Notes: generated by a model from the sequence alone, not told the origin. Counted from the stretch's first letter, positions 1 to 10,854 are shown. The stretch is DNA of 64,000 nt from Dehalococcoidia bacterium (GCA_965220105.1 OZ244811.1:1987136-2051135); one strand, 5' to 3'. Translations and numbers: made by a program.

Positions 1-940
1 CAGCCGCTCCGTGGTCGGTACCAGTGCCATTATCGCGGACGCGGCGCCCAAACTCGCTGAACAACATAATAACCACCTCGTTTGAGGCGTCGTGCTCACG
101 CAGGTCGGCGAAGAAGTCGCGTATGGCAACGGAAATTTCCGTCCAAAGTTTTTCATGTGGTCCCAGCTGGTCATAGTGGGTGTCGAAGGGCCCGTGGGAG
201 GTGTAAAAGACCTGGGTGCCCAGGCCGGCCAGATGCACTTGGGCCACGTCTCTGAGGCGCCTCGCGATGGGATTATTGGCGTACTCTACGTTTGAAGAAT
301 AGGTTTCGGGAGCAACCCGGATGATGTCGGCTCCTCGCAACGCATCCCGTCCTGCCTGTCCCAGATATTCCATGGTCGGTCCGGCGCCGATGGCGGGAGA
401 GTACATGCGGGCAAAGGTCTCCAACAACTGGATCCGATCTTGCTCGGAGGCGATTCCCGGATTTGATGAGAGTACACCGTATGAAGGAAGGTGGTTGACA
501 GAAGTAACAGGAACCCCCTTCATGGCCAGTGCCCGAGGCAGGCCCTGGCCCAAGTTAACTCCCTTCAGCACGTTCTCGCCGCCAGGATCCAAGTCCCGGA
601 TGACCTTGGCGAGCCAGCCGTTAATACCGATGGAATCCGGCTCGCAGGTATGCCAGATGTCCATGGCACGAAAGTGCGAACGGGGTGAATTTTCAAATCC
701 GATTCCGTGAATGATTGCCATGTTGCCCTGGTCGTAGATTTCTTTCAACGGCTCCGAATCGGCCCGGAATGCCAGTTGGTCATTTATGGGCAGTAATTGG
801 TCTTCAGGGATATGGACCTTGGGCCGGTTATCCCAATACAGGGGATTGCTATAAGGAACAATCGTATTGAGATAGTCGTTGGCCCCAGTTAGCTCCAGCA
901 CGACCAGCACGGGGTCTTTATGGGTTGATGCCATTTTCAT
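1..940 (-). CDS. DUF1501 family protein (sulfatase-fold); 3' end runs off the window
   Basis: Open minus-strand frame, absent from the ORF track because it has no stop in the window. ATG at 940 is preceded by GAAGGA. Translation MKMASTHKDPVLVVLELTGANDYLN...SEFGRRVRDNGTGTDHG shows DUF1501-type signatures. It lies directly downstream of a DUF1800 gene, the usual pairing. Confidence 0.75.
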   Translation of the reverse strand, partial: MKMASTHKDPVLVVLELTGANDYLNTIVPYSNPLYWDNRPKVHIPEDQLLPINDQLAFRADSEPLKEIYDQGNMAIIHGIGFENSPRSHFRAMDIWHTCEPDSIGINGWLAKVIRDLDPGGENVLKGVNLGQGLPRALAMKGVPVTSVNHLPSYGVLSSNPGIASEQDRIQLLETFARMYSPAIGAGPTMEYLGQAGRDALRGADIIRVAPETYSSNVEYANNPIARRLRDVAQVHLAGLGTQVFYTSHGPFDTHYDQLGPHEKLWTEISVAIRDFFADLREHDASNEVVIMLFSEFGRRVRDNGTGTDHGAA

Positions 941-969
941 ATCCTTCTACATCAGTTGTATGCGCTTGC

Positions 970-2385
970 CTAGGCAAACTGATATTCTCGCGAGGCGGCA
1001 ATCAAGGTCAAGATCTTGCTCACATTGTGCAACGTAGCCCTGAATTCTTCGTTGGTGCTCCAGGCTAGATCGCCACATTTTTCGGCATGGGCAATCAATT
1101 CAGAGTGGGTCGCCCTACTGACTTCCAACGGTCCCATCGCATCGAGACAAGCTGCCACTATCGCCTGGGGGGAATAATCCCCATGCACATTCACCAACAC
1201 CCGTTTGACGATAGCCTGCACGCCGGGTAGTGAGATGTCTCCAAATATCCTCGCGGCAAAGTTCACCCGGCGCATCAAAACGCCGGGGTCGATCCATTCT
1301 GAGCCTGTGTGCCAACCCTCCACGCTGGGAGGATTGAGCAGCTCCTGTCCCTGCCAACCGCACTCCAACGCCAGATCGTTGAATCCTGGCTTGAAGCCTT
1401 TATAGTTGCCCGCCGTACGCACAGTGCCAACGATCAATTCAGCCGGGCTTTTCACCCGGGCGAAGCGGGCATTCTTGAAGAACTCTGAGTTGAACAACGC
1501 TCGTAGAATATACCGGATGTCGCCACGGGATTCATTGTAGGCATCCGCCAACAACTCGATGGCTTCAGGGTCAACTGGCGGTGTAATGTTCCAACTGGCG
1601 ACATGGGGCTCGTCGGCGACGAAGAATCTGTAGAGGTGACGGGCCAGGAACCGGGCCGTAGCCGGTTGATCCGCAATAATGTCCACGATGTCTTCGCCAT
1701 TGAAGTTCCCGGTATACCCTAGGAAGGTCTTCTCCCGATCGTCGTGGTCCTCAGGTTTGTAGTCGAATAGCCAGTGGAAACGACCGTAAGGATTACGGGG
1801 AATCTTTGGGGCAATCGTCCATCCGGTAAAGGCCCTGGCTGCTTCCCTGATATCATCCTCTGAGTAGTTTCCGACTCCGAGGGAGAAAAGCTCCAACAGC
1901 TCCCGCCCCCAGTTTTCATTTATGGCACCGTCACGATTTCCGTGGTTGTCCAACCAGAAGATCATGGCTGGCGACTTTGCAACCTCTACCAGCAGGTCGC
2001 GGTAAGTACCCAATCCGTATTCACGGAAGATGGCAATCTGGCGAGTCAGCTCCAGTGGATTGTCCACCTTGGAGTTGCTGGTGGCGAACAACTGATGCCA
2101 GAAGAGGGCCATCTTCTCTTCCAGAGGCCGTTTGGTGTTGATCATCCGGAACACCCAATTGGCCTGATTTATTGGCGGCGCCCCGGCCCCCTCATAACCC
2201 GGGAAGAACCGGTACAGCAGTTCGTCGTCTATGGCCGGCTGCCGCTCTGGATACAGAAGCTCCTCGACCACGGCTTCGTAGCCTTTGGAGACACGCTCCT
2301 CCAGTTCCTCACGGGTATCACCGAAGCCTGCGCGTCTCATTAAATGGGCCATCAATCGAATGTCTTCTTGGTGGGGCATTACCAC
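970..2385 (-). CDS. DUF1800 family protein
   Basis: 471-aa ORF. The N-terminal HLMRRAGFG motif and overall layout are typical of DUF1800, and it is paired with DUF1501 30 nt downstream. Ends in TAG. Confidence 0.8.
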   Translation of the reverse strand: MVMPHQEDIRLMAHLMRRAGFGDTREELEERVSKGYEAVVEELLYPERQPAIDDELLYRFFPGYEGAGAPPINQANWVFRMINTKRPLEEKMALFWHQLFATSNSKVDNPLELTRQIAIFREYGLGTYRDLLVEVAKSPAMIFWLDNHGNRDGAINENWGRELLELFSLGVGNYSEDDIREAARAFTGWTIAPKIPRNPYGRFHWLFDYKPEDHDDREKTFLGYTGNFNGEDIVDIIADQPATARFLARHLYRFFVADEPHVASWNITPPVDPEAIELLADAYNESRGDIRYILRALFNSEFFKNARFARVKSPAELIVGTVRTAGNYKGFKPGFNDLALECGWQGQELLNPPSVEGWHTGSEWIDPGVLMRRVNFAARIFGDISLPGVQAIVKRVLVNVHGDYSPQAIVAACLDAMGPLEVSRATHSELIAHAEKCGDLAWSTNEEFRATLHNVSKILTLIAASREYQFA

Positions 2386-2469
2386 CTCTCCGTTTATCGA
2401 GCCCAGAACACTAAGCCAGGCGCCGATTCACAACATTTTAGGATTGGCCAAGTCGAATGTCAACAAAAA

Positions 2470-3930
2470 GCCGTAACAGGTAACTGTTCAGATTTGATGA
2501 GGCGAATTTGCCGGGTCCACGGTCCCGCTGAAAAACACTGGCGCCCAAGGCGTAGTTGTGGCATAAAAAGACAATGGAAACGGGACTGGACCTGACCAAG
2601 GCGAGCCGGGAAACCCTGCTGGCAGTCATAGCGGAGCTACAGGACACCAATGCCGGACTGCGGCAGCGGGTGGAGAGCCTGGAGGCCCGGCTGTCCGCCG
2701 CCGGTCCAAGGGGCAGGATGCCGGGCCACAAGCCGGCTGGCAAGGGGCGTCAGCCGCAGAGAAAAGAGCTCCGGAAAAGGCGTCCCCACGGCTTTGCCCG
2801 GCGGCGGACGGAACCCGCCCGCCGGATGGAGCACGCTGCGGAGTCCTGCCCGGAATGCCACACCACCCTGTCCGGGGGATGGGTGCAGCGGACCCGGGAA
2901 GTCATAGATATTCCGGTGGCCCCAGCGGAAGTCACAGAGCACGTCTTCATGGCCCGGCTGTGTCCGCTGTGCCGGAAACGGCGGCTGCCCCAGGCCCCCC
3001 TGCGGGGATTGGCTGTAGGTCGGCAACGCCTGGGGGTCAACCTGGTGAGCCTGATTGTCACCCTGCGGGAAGAGGGGCGGCTGCCCGTAAGGACAATTCA
3101 ATGGTATCTGCGAACGTTCCACCAGTTGAAACTGAGCGTTGGGGCCATCGTCCGGGCCGTCCATCAGGTTGCCCGGCATGGCGGAACGGCTGTCGCTGAA
3201 ACGCTGGAGCGCATCCGTAGCAGCCCGGTAGTGCACGCTGACGAGACTGGCTGGCGGGAGAATAGAGTCAACGGCTACGTTTGGACCTTCAGCACACCTG
3301 CGGAGCGGTACTTCCTGCGCCGGGGCCGGGGCGGGGAGGTGGTGGACGAGGCGTTGGGCGAGGAGTTTGGCGGGATTCTGGCGAGCGACTTCTACGCCGC
3401 CTACGACCACTACCCTGGATTGAAGCAACGGTGCTGGGCCCACCTGCTGCGGGACATCCACAAGCTGAAGGCGCTGTACCCGGAGGATGCAGTGCTGGCG
3501 AAGTGGGCCAACGGAGTGCGGTGGCTCTACGACCGGGCCCGGGCTTGGGCAGCGGCCGGAGGACGCCTCCCGGCACGGGGAGAGTTGGTCCTGGAAAGGC
3601 GATTGCTGAAGCTGTGCCGTCCCTTCCTGGAAGACCCGACGGCGCCGCAAGCCAAGCTATGCCGGCGGATAGAACGGCACATCAAGGAACTGTTTGTCTT
3701 CGTGACGCATCCAGACACCCCTTCCGACAACAATGCGGCGGAACGGAGCCTGCGCCATCTGGTGATCAGCCAGAAAATCAGTGGCGGCACCCGCTCGGAA
3801 GCGGGCAGCGGCAGCAAAATGACCCTGGCGTCCCTCTTCGGCACCTGGCGGGCCAGGGGCCTCAACCCCTTCCTGGAAACCCGCCGGTTGCTCATTTCCC
3901 CTCAACTCTGAACAGTTACAGCCTACAGGG
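2470..3930 (+). mobile_element. IS66-family insertion sequence, apparently intact
   Basis: Perfect 13-bp terminal inverted repeat GTAACTGTTCAGA at 2480-2492 and 3907-3919 brackets a single transposase ORF. The outer edge lies about 85-95 bp upstream of the DUF1800 start. Confidence 0.85.
2574..3911 (+). CDS. IS66 family transposase
   Basis: Leucine-zipper-like N-terminus, CxxC...CxxC zinc motif, DETGW, and DNNAAERSLR near the C-terminus. ATG at 2574; the track ORF starts at TTG 2556. Confidence 0.9.
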   Translation: METGLDLTKASRETLLAVIAELQDTNAGLRQRVESLEARLSAAGPRGRMPGHKPAGKGRQPQRKELRKRRPHGFARRRTEPARRMEHAAESCPECHTTLSGGWVQRTREVIDIPVAPAEVTEHVFMARLCPLCRKRRLPQAPLRGLAVGRQRLGVNLVSLIVTLREEGRLPVRTIQWYLRTFHQLKLSVGAIVRAVHQVARHGGTAVAETLERIRSSPVVHADETGWRENRVNGYVWTFSTPAERYFLRRGRGGEVVDEALGEEFGGILASDFYAAYDHYPGLKQRCWAHLLRDIHKLKALYPEDAVLAKWANGVRWLYDRARAWAAAGGRLPARGELVLERRLLKLCRPFLEDPTAPQAKLCRRIERHIKELFVFVTHPDTPSDNNAAERSLRHLVISQKISGGTRSEAGSGSKMTLASLFGTWRARGLNPFLETRRLLISPQL

Positions 3931-4009
3931 CAATCGCGTCTTAACAATCCGCCAATAATGTATATCTGAGCTTGTGATGAAAGGGCAGTTTCGCGTTGCT
4001 CGGTGGCTA

Positions 4010-5260
4010 GTACTCAATCAATGTTGGAATTGAAGGGATATAGGCGATGCAATTTGGATCGGGCGTCCTGGGTGTTGAACCGCCAGTTGATGGTGGCTCG
4101 TGCCGCATTGCGCTCGGCCGCATAGGCGTTGATGGCTCGCTGCAGGGCAGTCTCGTCGGGATTACGCCCCTGGAGACAGGCCCGGGTCAACACGCTGAAC
4201 TCGATCTCCGCCATGTTCAGCCAACTGGCGTGCTGGGGCGTGTGGTGAAATTCCAGCCGCCTGACGATGCGCCGGGCTTCGGCGGCGGGGAAGGTCTCAT
4301 AGAGGGAGGCCATACGATGGGTATTCAGATTGTCCAGCGCCACGCGGACCACCGGAGCATCTGGGTAGGCCTCATCCACCAGCCACCGCATCTGGTGGGC
4401 AAAGTCCTCCATAGTGCGGCGCTCGGTGATCGCCACGTGTCGCCAGCCCGCCAGGGGCTCGCAGGTCAGGAAGATGTTGCGCGTACCGCCGCGGCGATAC
4501 TCGTAATCCTGACGCCGCGGTTGTCTCGGCTGCACCGGAATGGGCGGCCTGGTGTCGGCCAGCAACTGAGTGGAAGTCTCGTCGAAGCAGACCACCGGCC
4601 GGTCAGGGATGCAGTGGCTGGTCGTAGGGCTCAGCATACAAGTCCAGCACGTCCTCCATCGCCGCCACGAATTCACCCCCTACCTTTTCACCCCCTACCT
4701 TGGGGATGCGCCACTGCTGCTTCCGCCACGGCTGGAGGTCGTTTTTTTGAGCCTCAACCGCACCGTCTCATGGGACAGGGACTCCACCAACCCCAACTCC
4801 ACCACTCGGTCGGCCAAAAGATGCAGGGTCCAGTGGTCGTGGCCAGCGGGCGCTGGGCTGCACGCCAGGGCGATCAAGTGGGCCTCCCCCTTGTCATCAA
4901 GCTTCCGGTATCGGTTGGCCTGGACCCGATCCTGCAACACGCCATCCAAACCTTCCTCAGCGTACCGTCGTTTGGCGCGGTACACCGTACCCTTGGAGAT
5001 GTCCAAAGCGGCCGCCACCTGTGGTGCGTTCCATCCCTCAGCTACTTTCAGCAGGGTGCGCGCTCGGGCGATGATGCGCGCCGAACTTTTGCCACTGCGA
5101 ATCAGCTGGCTCAGTCGCTCGCGTTCCTCCGGCGTCAACCGTACCGCGTATTGCTCCAGGGCCATGTTTGCCACACCTCCTCACAACTCGATCTTGCGGT
5201 CAGCGTAGCATTTGGAACCCTTTCACTAAAACTACCTACAATGCTGATTTGAACCAGTAC
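4010..5260 (-). mobile_element. IS630-family element, copy 1
   Basis: Ends GTACTCAATCAATG... and ...CAGTAC, flanked by TA at 4008-4009 and 5261-5262. Two overlapping transposase frames. Confidence 0.85.
4014..5174 (-). CDS. IS630 family transposase, two frames joined by programmed -1 frameshift
   Basis: ORF1 4695-5174 is the HTH part (AVRLTPEERERL...EAHLIALACS). ORF2 4014-4676 is the DDE part (CFDETS...DNLNTH...SWLNMAEIE). A7 slippery run at 4742-4748 gives LKKNDLQPW. Confidence 0.85.
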
Positions 5261-5503
5261 TAGATCATGCTCGCTCAGGGTTACAATGAGCCTCACGATA
5301 CCTTGTGATTCATGTATTGGGTGCCTTCTGAGAGGCTTGGAGTCTTGCCGATCATTTGGAAGCACACTCATTTTGTCGGTTACGAATTAAGACGCGATTG
5401 CCCTGGCCAACAGCGCCGTTGACGCTACCGATGCAGCTATCTATCATTTCTGCAACCGTATTGGGAGTTTGGAAACGGGAATTCCCCACGAGGATTAGAA
5501 TAG

Positions 5504-6031
5504 ATGATTACCGACCTGCCAACCCTGCTTCGCTACTTCGACCGCTTCCACCAGCGCACGGTGCGGGACATTCTGGCGCTGCCACCGGAGGCCGACGGTT
5601 GGCGGCCGCCCCGGGGAGAAGGCGAGAAGGCTTGGAACATCAACGAAATCGTGCATCACATCGCGGAATCCCGGCTCTACTTCGCCGGTGCCTACTGCGG
5701 TCAGGGCTGGCTGTACGACTGGCCCGTGCCCAGCACCGAGCGGCAGTCGGACTGGATTCCGGCCATCGAGAGCTCCTTCGAGGAGTTCCACCGGCGGCTG
5801 GACGACAGCCCGCCGGAGTGGCTGCAACGCCGTGTGAGGATGATAGACACCGACGGGATGCTCAGCGGCTGGCGCATCATGATGATGCTGTTCGAGCACG
5901 AAACACATCACCGCAGCCAGATAGACACCTACGCGGGACTGGAGGGTTGGGATGTGCCGCACATCTACGGCAGGTCGCGGGAGAGCATCGACGAGTTGCA
6001 GGAGGAGCAGCGCAGGCGGGCGGGGCTGTAG
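5504..6031 (+). CDS. DinB-family (DinB_2-like) four-helix-bundle protein
   Basis: 175 aa with His-containing motifs (EIVHHIAESRLYF, FEHETHHRSQI) typical of the DinB/YfiT superfamily. Ends in TAG. Confidence 0.75.
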   Translation: MITDLPTLLRYFDRFHQRTVRDILALPPEADGWRPPRGEGEKAWNINEIVHHIAESRLYFAGAYCGQGWLYDWPVPSTERQSDWIPAIESSFEEFHRRLDDSPPEWLQRRVRMIDTDGMLSGWRIMMMLFEHETHHRSQIDTYAGLEGWDVPHIYGRSRESIDELQEEQRRRAGL

Positions 6032-6059
6032 ATAGCAACCTGCCTTGAGGCGCGGACTA

Positions 6060-7285
6060 GTAGCCGGACATCGTTGAACTGATGGGTAGTGGTGTACCAT
6101 AAAGCCAGTGGCCAAGAAGGAACTTGAACGTGGGGTGTGGATGATGGTGAAGAGGCACAGGGTACGGCTGGCGGAGAGGAGCAACAGGGACTGAAGTCGC
6201 TGGTGTCCAAAGGGCGGGTGGCAGCCTATCGGCAGACTCATGCTCGCATCCTGCTGCTTTGCGACGAGAACCAGGTTGGCGGCGCCATGAAGGACGAGGA
6301 GATTGCCCGGGCCCTGAAGGTGGGCACTGCCAGGGTGGAGCGGGTGCGCCGCCGCGGCGTGGAGGAGGGCCTGGCAGCGGCTTTGGGGCGCCGGCAACAG
6401 CTCAATCGGCGTCAGAGGAAACTGGATGGTGCAGGGGAGGCTCACCTGATTGCCCTAGCCTGCTCCCTGCCGCCGGAGGGCCGGGCTGGTTGGACCCTGC
6501 AACTGTTGGCGGACCAACTGTTGAATGCGAGATAGTGGACAGCATCAGCGCCGCAACGGTGCGCCAGACACTGAAAAAAACGAACTCAAGCCCTGGCTGA
6601 AAGAGTGCTGGTGCATCCCGCCCCAAGGCAGTGCCGAATTTGTGTGCGCTATGGAGGACGTGCTGGAGGTCCACCAGTGCCAATACCGGGACGACGAGGT
6701 CCTGGTGTGCCTGGATGAGACCAGCAAGCAGCAGGTGAAGGAGACCCGGCTGGCCCGTCCGCCCCGCCCCGGAACGGTGGGTTCTTACGATTATGAATAC
6801 GAGCGCAACGGGGTGAGCAACCTTTTCATGCTGTTCGCACCCTTGCAAGGGTGGCGGCGGGTGGAGGTTACAGAGCGCCGCACCCGGACCGATTGGGCTG
6901 AGGTGGTGCGGAAGCTGGTGGACGAGGACTATGCTGACAAGGAACGGATCGTGCTGGTAATGGACAACCTGAACACGCATCATCCGGCCTCGCTGTACGA
7001 GGCCTTTGAGCCGTCGGAGGCGCGGCGCATCGCGGAGCGGCTGGAGCTACATTACACACCGAAGCACGGGAGTTGGCGCAACATGGCTGAGATCGAGATC
7101 GGCGTGATGGCCCGGCAATGCCTGGACCGCCGCATCCCGAACCGAAGCGTCCTGCGGAGGGAGGCAGCAGCGTGGCAGGCTCAGCGCAACCGGGACGGCA
7201 TACGAGTGGACTGGCGGTTCACCACCGCAGATGCACGCACCAAACTGAAGTCTCTTTACCCATCAATACGACACTGACGGACTAC
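6060..7285 (+). mobile_element. IS630-family element, copy 2
   Basis: IRs GTAGCCGGACATCGTTGAACTGATGGG (left) and the reverse complement of CCCATCAATACGACACTGACGGACTAC (right). TA at 6058-6059 and 7286-7287. It is inserted into an IS110 3' remnant. Confidence 0.85.
6137..7277 (+). CDS. IS630 family transposase (two frames; A7 slippery site at 6574-6580)
   Basis: LKKNELKPWLKECWCIP across the slippery run, and a DDE part with DNLNTHH...SWRNMAEIE. The extreme N-terminus (MVKRHRVRLAE in another frame) hints at an extra frameshift near 6170. Confidence 0.75.
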
Positions 7286-7287
7286 TA

Positions 7288-7452
7288 GCCCTCACCGCCT
7301 GTATGCGAAAGCTGCTAACCGTGCTCAACAGCATGGCGAAAACTGGGACGGCCGGAATCCCACCGTCGCGACCTCTTGACACACAAGACGGTTGCTTTTC
7401 GCTGAACTACAACAGCCCAGTGGTACGTTTTGCCGCCGCCCTTGACACCTAG
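7288..7452 (+). pseudogene. IS110-family transposase C-terminal remnant
   Basis: Translation ...LTACMRKLLTVLNSMAKTG... parallels the C-terminus [22 protein letters not shown] of the IS110 gene at 55403-56203. It is split from its first few codons (about 6045-6057) by IS630 copy 2. Confidence 0.5.
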
Positions 7453-7569
7453 CGCCGGTTCGGGATGTTAACAATGTCCGATTTCACATACAAGTCTGCC
7501 ATTTTCCTTGTCCTGAGGCGGATCCGGCCGCTGCGGTAAGCACGGCGCTGGGGCCGGACCGTCGTCAAA

Positions 7570-7806
7570 ATGGCAGAGTTGCTAATGAATTCGGCCATCG
7601 CTAGACTGACAACATAGCATCCCACCACGGCCAACTTCGCCGACAGAACCATCTGGACCGGGGACAACCCGGGCATTCTGTGGGGCCTCAACTCCGCGTC
7701 GGTTAACCTGTTCTGCCTAGACCCGCCCTTCAACTCCAACCGCGCGTCCAACATCTACCTGGCGCTGGCTTCGGACGCTTTGGGCGAAATCACTGAGGTC
7801 GCGTAG
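7570..7806 (+). pseudogene. N6/N4 DNA methyltransferase N-terminal fragment
   Basis: RTIWTGDNPGILWGLNSASVNLFCLDPPFNSNR carries the DPPF/Y motif IV context of amino-methyltransferases. Homology stops after about 50 residues. There is an in-frame TAG at 7615-7617 and no catalytic remainder. Confidence 0.5.
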
Positions 7807-7831
7807 GATACCGAAGCTTCGGCAATGAGTT

Positions 7832-8971
7832 ATGCAGTATCTAGGACTGGCCACACAAAAGCCGAACGGCTTTGCCTACGCCACCGAACACGACCACTCC
7901 CTGGATTCCACAGGGAACCGAATCGCTACACCGCCGAACCCTATGAGTACGCAACTACCCAACGTCTTCATTGACGCTAACGTATTGGCACAAGTCGGCC
8001 CACCACCTGGCAATGCCACTTTCCAACGGCTGGTGGATTTGGTGGACTACCGACTCATTAACGCGATTACAACCGACTTGAGTAAATCGGAACTCACCCG
8101 GCTTCACGTGGCTACCGCCAACAAGAAGCTGCAACCTATCGCAGATGGAGAATTCCAAAGGCTAATGCGCACGTTGTTCGCCGTTCAGATTCCTTCGACC
8201 AATTCGCAGGAGATTTTGGGAAAGATTAGAGCGAACATTGGTCACGGTGTGGAAGGAATGTTTTCTGCTCTCAAGGCTCGCGTAGTTTCCGTGGCCGATG
8301 TTAACCCCACTGTGATATTTGCCGACTATGACAGGGAAGAAGGCTTGTTCCACAGTAAAAATAAGCGAAATCAGTTTCCAGACGCGTTCATTTTCGAATG
8401 CCTGAAAACTGTGGCAAACGAGGGCCCACCCATGCTCGTGGTCACCAATGATGGGGATTTCGATCGTCCAGTCGGCGATCATCCCAACATGATCCTCATA
8501 AACTCAATCCCGAGTCTTTTTAATTGGTTAGGCCTCAAGATCGAAGAGCCCGAGGCTGACCTGATCGAATTCCTATACGAAAACTTAGACGTCAATGATG
8601 CCGTTTTGGAAAACGTGGAGCAGTACGGTTGGGAACTCGAAGAAGGACGCCACCTTGACCTGCGGCTTCGCTATATTGAGGACGTAGAGTATACAGCGTT
8701 CCAACAAATCAGGCCGGGAGCTCCATTCCTCGTCAGCGTCGAAGCGACGGCGTATCTGGACGGGATTGATCGTTACAGTAGTAGCGATGATAGCGTGGAG
8801 ACTACCGCGAGAGCCCAAATCGCGTTTCACGCCGCGGTTGAAGTTGATGGGCAAGGGATTCCGACCGATATGACTGACGTACGTTTCTTTAAATACACGA
8901 TGCACTTGGACAATGCCACGATTTGGTTCTTGTACGATTGGCCAACGTCCGTTGAGGTCGATAGGTTCTGA
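7832..8971 (+). CDS. PIN-like nuclease-domain protein (DUF4935-like), function unknown
   Basis: VFIDANVL..., FPDAFIFECLK and LVVTNDGDFDR form the acidic quartet pattern of PIN-like domains. Visibly lower G+C than its neighbours. A more likely start is the ATG at 7943 (MSTQLPNVFIDANV). Confidence 0.6.
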   Translation: MQYLGLATQKPNGFAYATEHDHSLDSTGNRIATPPNPMSTQLPNVFIDANVLAQVGPPPGNATFQRLVDLVDYRLINAITTDLSKSELTRLHVATANKKLQPIADGEFQRLMRTLFAVQIPSTNSQEILGKIRANIGHGVEGMFSALKARVVSVADVNPTVIFADYDREEGLFHSKNKRNQFPDAFIFECLKTVANEGPPMLVVTNDGDFDRPVGDHPNMILINSIPSLFNWLGLKIEEPEADLIEFLYENLDVNDAVLENVEQYGWELEEGRHLDLRLRYIEDVEYTAFQQIRPGAPFLVSVEATAYLDGIDRYSSSDDSVETTARAQIAFHAAVEVDGQGIPTDMTDVRFFKYTMHLDNATIWFLYDWPTSVEVDRF

Positions 8972-9193
8972 GGTCGGGTACGGTTCAGTTCAGGCAACGG
9001 CCGGTACGTTGATCGCGTGCGCTACGCCGTCTGCAGGGCCCCGTCTGCAACAAAATCCCCCAACATGCTACACCGGGGTCCATGGCGCTCTCTGCTTTGA
9101 GCATAAGGCGCGCCCGCAGGTTGAACCCAAAAGGCGCGTTCTGCAACAAGTACCCCGGGAGAAAGGTCGCAGCCTGCCCGATGGGAGAGAGCA

Positions 9194-10199
9194 TCAATCC
9201 TCGGACCTGATGGTCGACGTGTACCACTTTTTCCCAGGACACCTCGACCCATCGGGAAAGCGACTGTCCCCTGGTTGCCCGCCGCCCAGTGCTACATCAT
9301 CGCCAACCCGAGCCAGCACGCTGCCTCCGCCGTTAGTGATTACAACATCGCCCTCGACGGTCTTGACTTTGAAACCCGGAGGCCACACCGGCACGAATCC
9401 GTTAGGATCCGGAGGTGTCACCACACGAAGACAATTGCCCCGCAACACCAATCTGCCTTTCAGCAGTGCGTCCAAGCTCCCAGTCGGCCGGCGCTGTTGA
9501 TGTAGCTCCCTTGGGAAAAATATCTCAGATGCGGCGCCGGCTTCAGTTCGTTCGTTCCGCACCTCGGTTATCTCGTCGCCGACCAGCCAGTAAGGGCCCG
9601 CACAGTTTCCGGCAGACTCCCCACTCCAATTCCATTCCTGAGAACCTCCCTGCTTCCTCACTCAAATACTCACCGGAGATACGTACAGTCTCGCCGACGC
9701 TGGCCGCCAAGTACCCGTCCTGATCGATCACGCGCACGATGTTATCCCTGATGCGAACGTCGAAACCTGGCGGCCATATTACCAACAGCCCGTCCGGCGT
9801 TCGTTCCGGATAGGTCTGGTCTATGTACGGCACGTGTAGGCAAACGCCGATCAGCGAAAGCTCGCTGTACACATACCTGTTGCCGGGGTTGACCAACAGT
9901 GGTCCCTGATGGCGCGGAAGCGCCACGGCAATGGTCTCGGTTTGCGAGACCTGGTCCGAAGACTTCTCGCCTCGCTTGGGGATTGGGGCCTTCTCATCCG
10001 TGATTGGCGTGCCATCACCTTCCGATTCCAGCTCAGTTGCGACGGTCTGAGATTCGCCGGTGCCGCGGTTGGGGCTCCCTTGGTCATTTCGACATGCCAA
10101 GGACGACGCCAAGATCAGCGATAGGATGCACAACAGCGGTAAGCACATATCGGGCCTTGATCTAGCCTTATTCCGACCAAACGTAACGGCAACGGTCAT
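9194..10199 (-). pseudogene. Secreted/lipoprotein-like protein with two tandem WPPGF-type domains, frameshifted
   Basis: Signal-peptide-like N-terminus (RNKARSRPDMCLPLLCILSLILASSLAC). The domain pattern WPPGF(D/K)V...G(E/D)xV...CxGxxW occurs twice. The two ORFs (9543-10199, 9194-9661) overlap in different frames near 9640. Confidence 0.55.
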
Positions 10200-10410
10200 A
10201 CTCGGACATTCCGGCTTATCACGGTGCTCGGAGCAATTTTGGACGTGGCCGGATGGCCGTATTGATGTGTCAATTTAGTTCGCATGACGCCGGTTCCGGT
10301 GGCCACGGTGGCCAGGTCGGCTTGTGCTATGTCGTACTCATGTCGGGGAGCCTTTTTCGCAATGAATTTGCGAGCAATTTTCTGGATCCGCCAGTGGGAC
10401 TCAGGAATAA

Positions 10411-10485
10411 TGGAGCCGGGGGCGAGGATCGAACTCGCAACCTATCGCTTACAAAGCGATTGCACTACCGTTGTGCTACCCCGGC
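10411..10485 (-). tRNA. tRNA-Thr (anticodon UGU), CCA encoded
   Basis: Hand-folded cloverleaf: acceptor GCCGGGG/CCCCGGC, D stem GCAC/GTGC, anticodon stem ATCGC/GCGAT with loop TTTGTAA, T arm GCGAG-TTCGATC-CTCGC, then T-CCA. Confidence 0.9.
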
Positions 10486-10820
10486 CTGCGGACTCGGACA
10501 GCAGGGCGTGACGCTAAAGCAACACTATTATGATGTATACCAGCGGTAGCGCGAACAATCCAATTTCAGTGATGTCCCCTAAATCTAGCATGGCTACCGC
10601 ATCTCCCAATTAATACCCGGTTCGGTTCGCATACTATCGGTACGTCTGCCGGCCATAACGGTCATTGCGTACCCTGTTGATACTCTCGTTGATTCCCGCA
10701 AGGGTCATTACGTAAACCCGCTTGGTCGGGAGCTCACGCCGCCAGCCCGATTCCAATTTCCTTCGCCACCCGAGTAGTCTTTCTTGCGCGGCGCTACCGG
10801 CCCCTTGGCGAGCTAGCCAT

Positions 10821-10854
10821 TTATCGCGCGGCGAACGGACGTGCGCCAGCGGCC
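10821..10854. repeat. 34-bp direct-repeat copy A (partner at 30693-30726)
   Basis: TTATCGCGCGGCGAACGGACGTGCGCCAGCGGCC matches the partner at 31 of 34 positions in my manual alignment, in the same orientation. Confidence 0.7.

Noticed and set aside
4047-5252. 401-aa plus-strand ORF across IS630 copy 1
   Set aside because: It is antisense to the clearly conserved two-frame IS630 transposase and has low-complexity composition.
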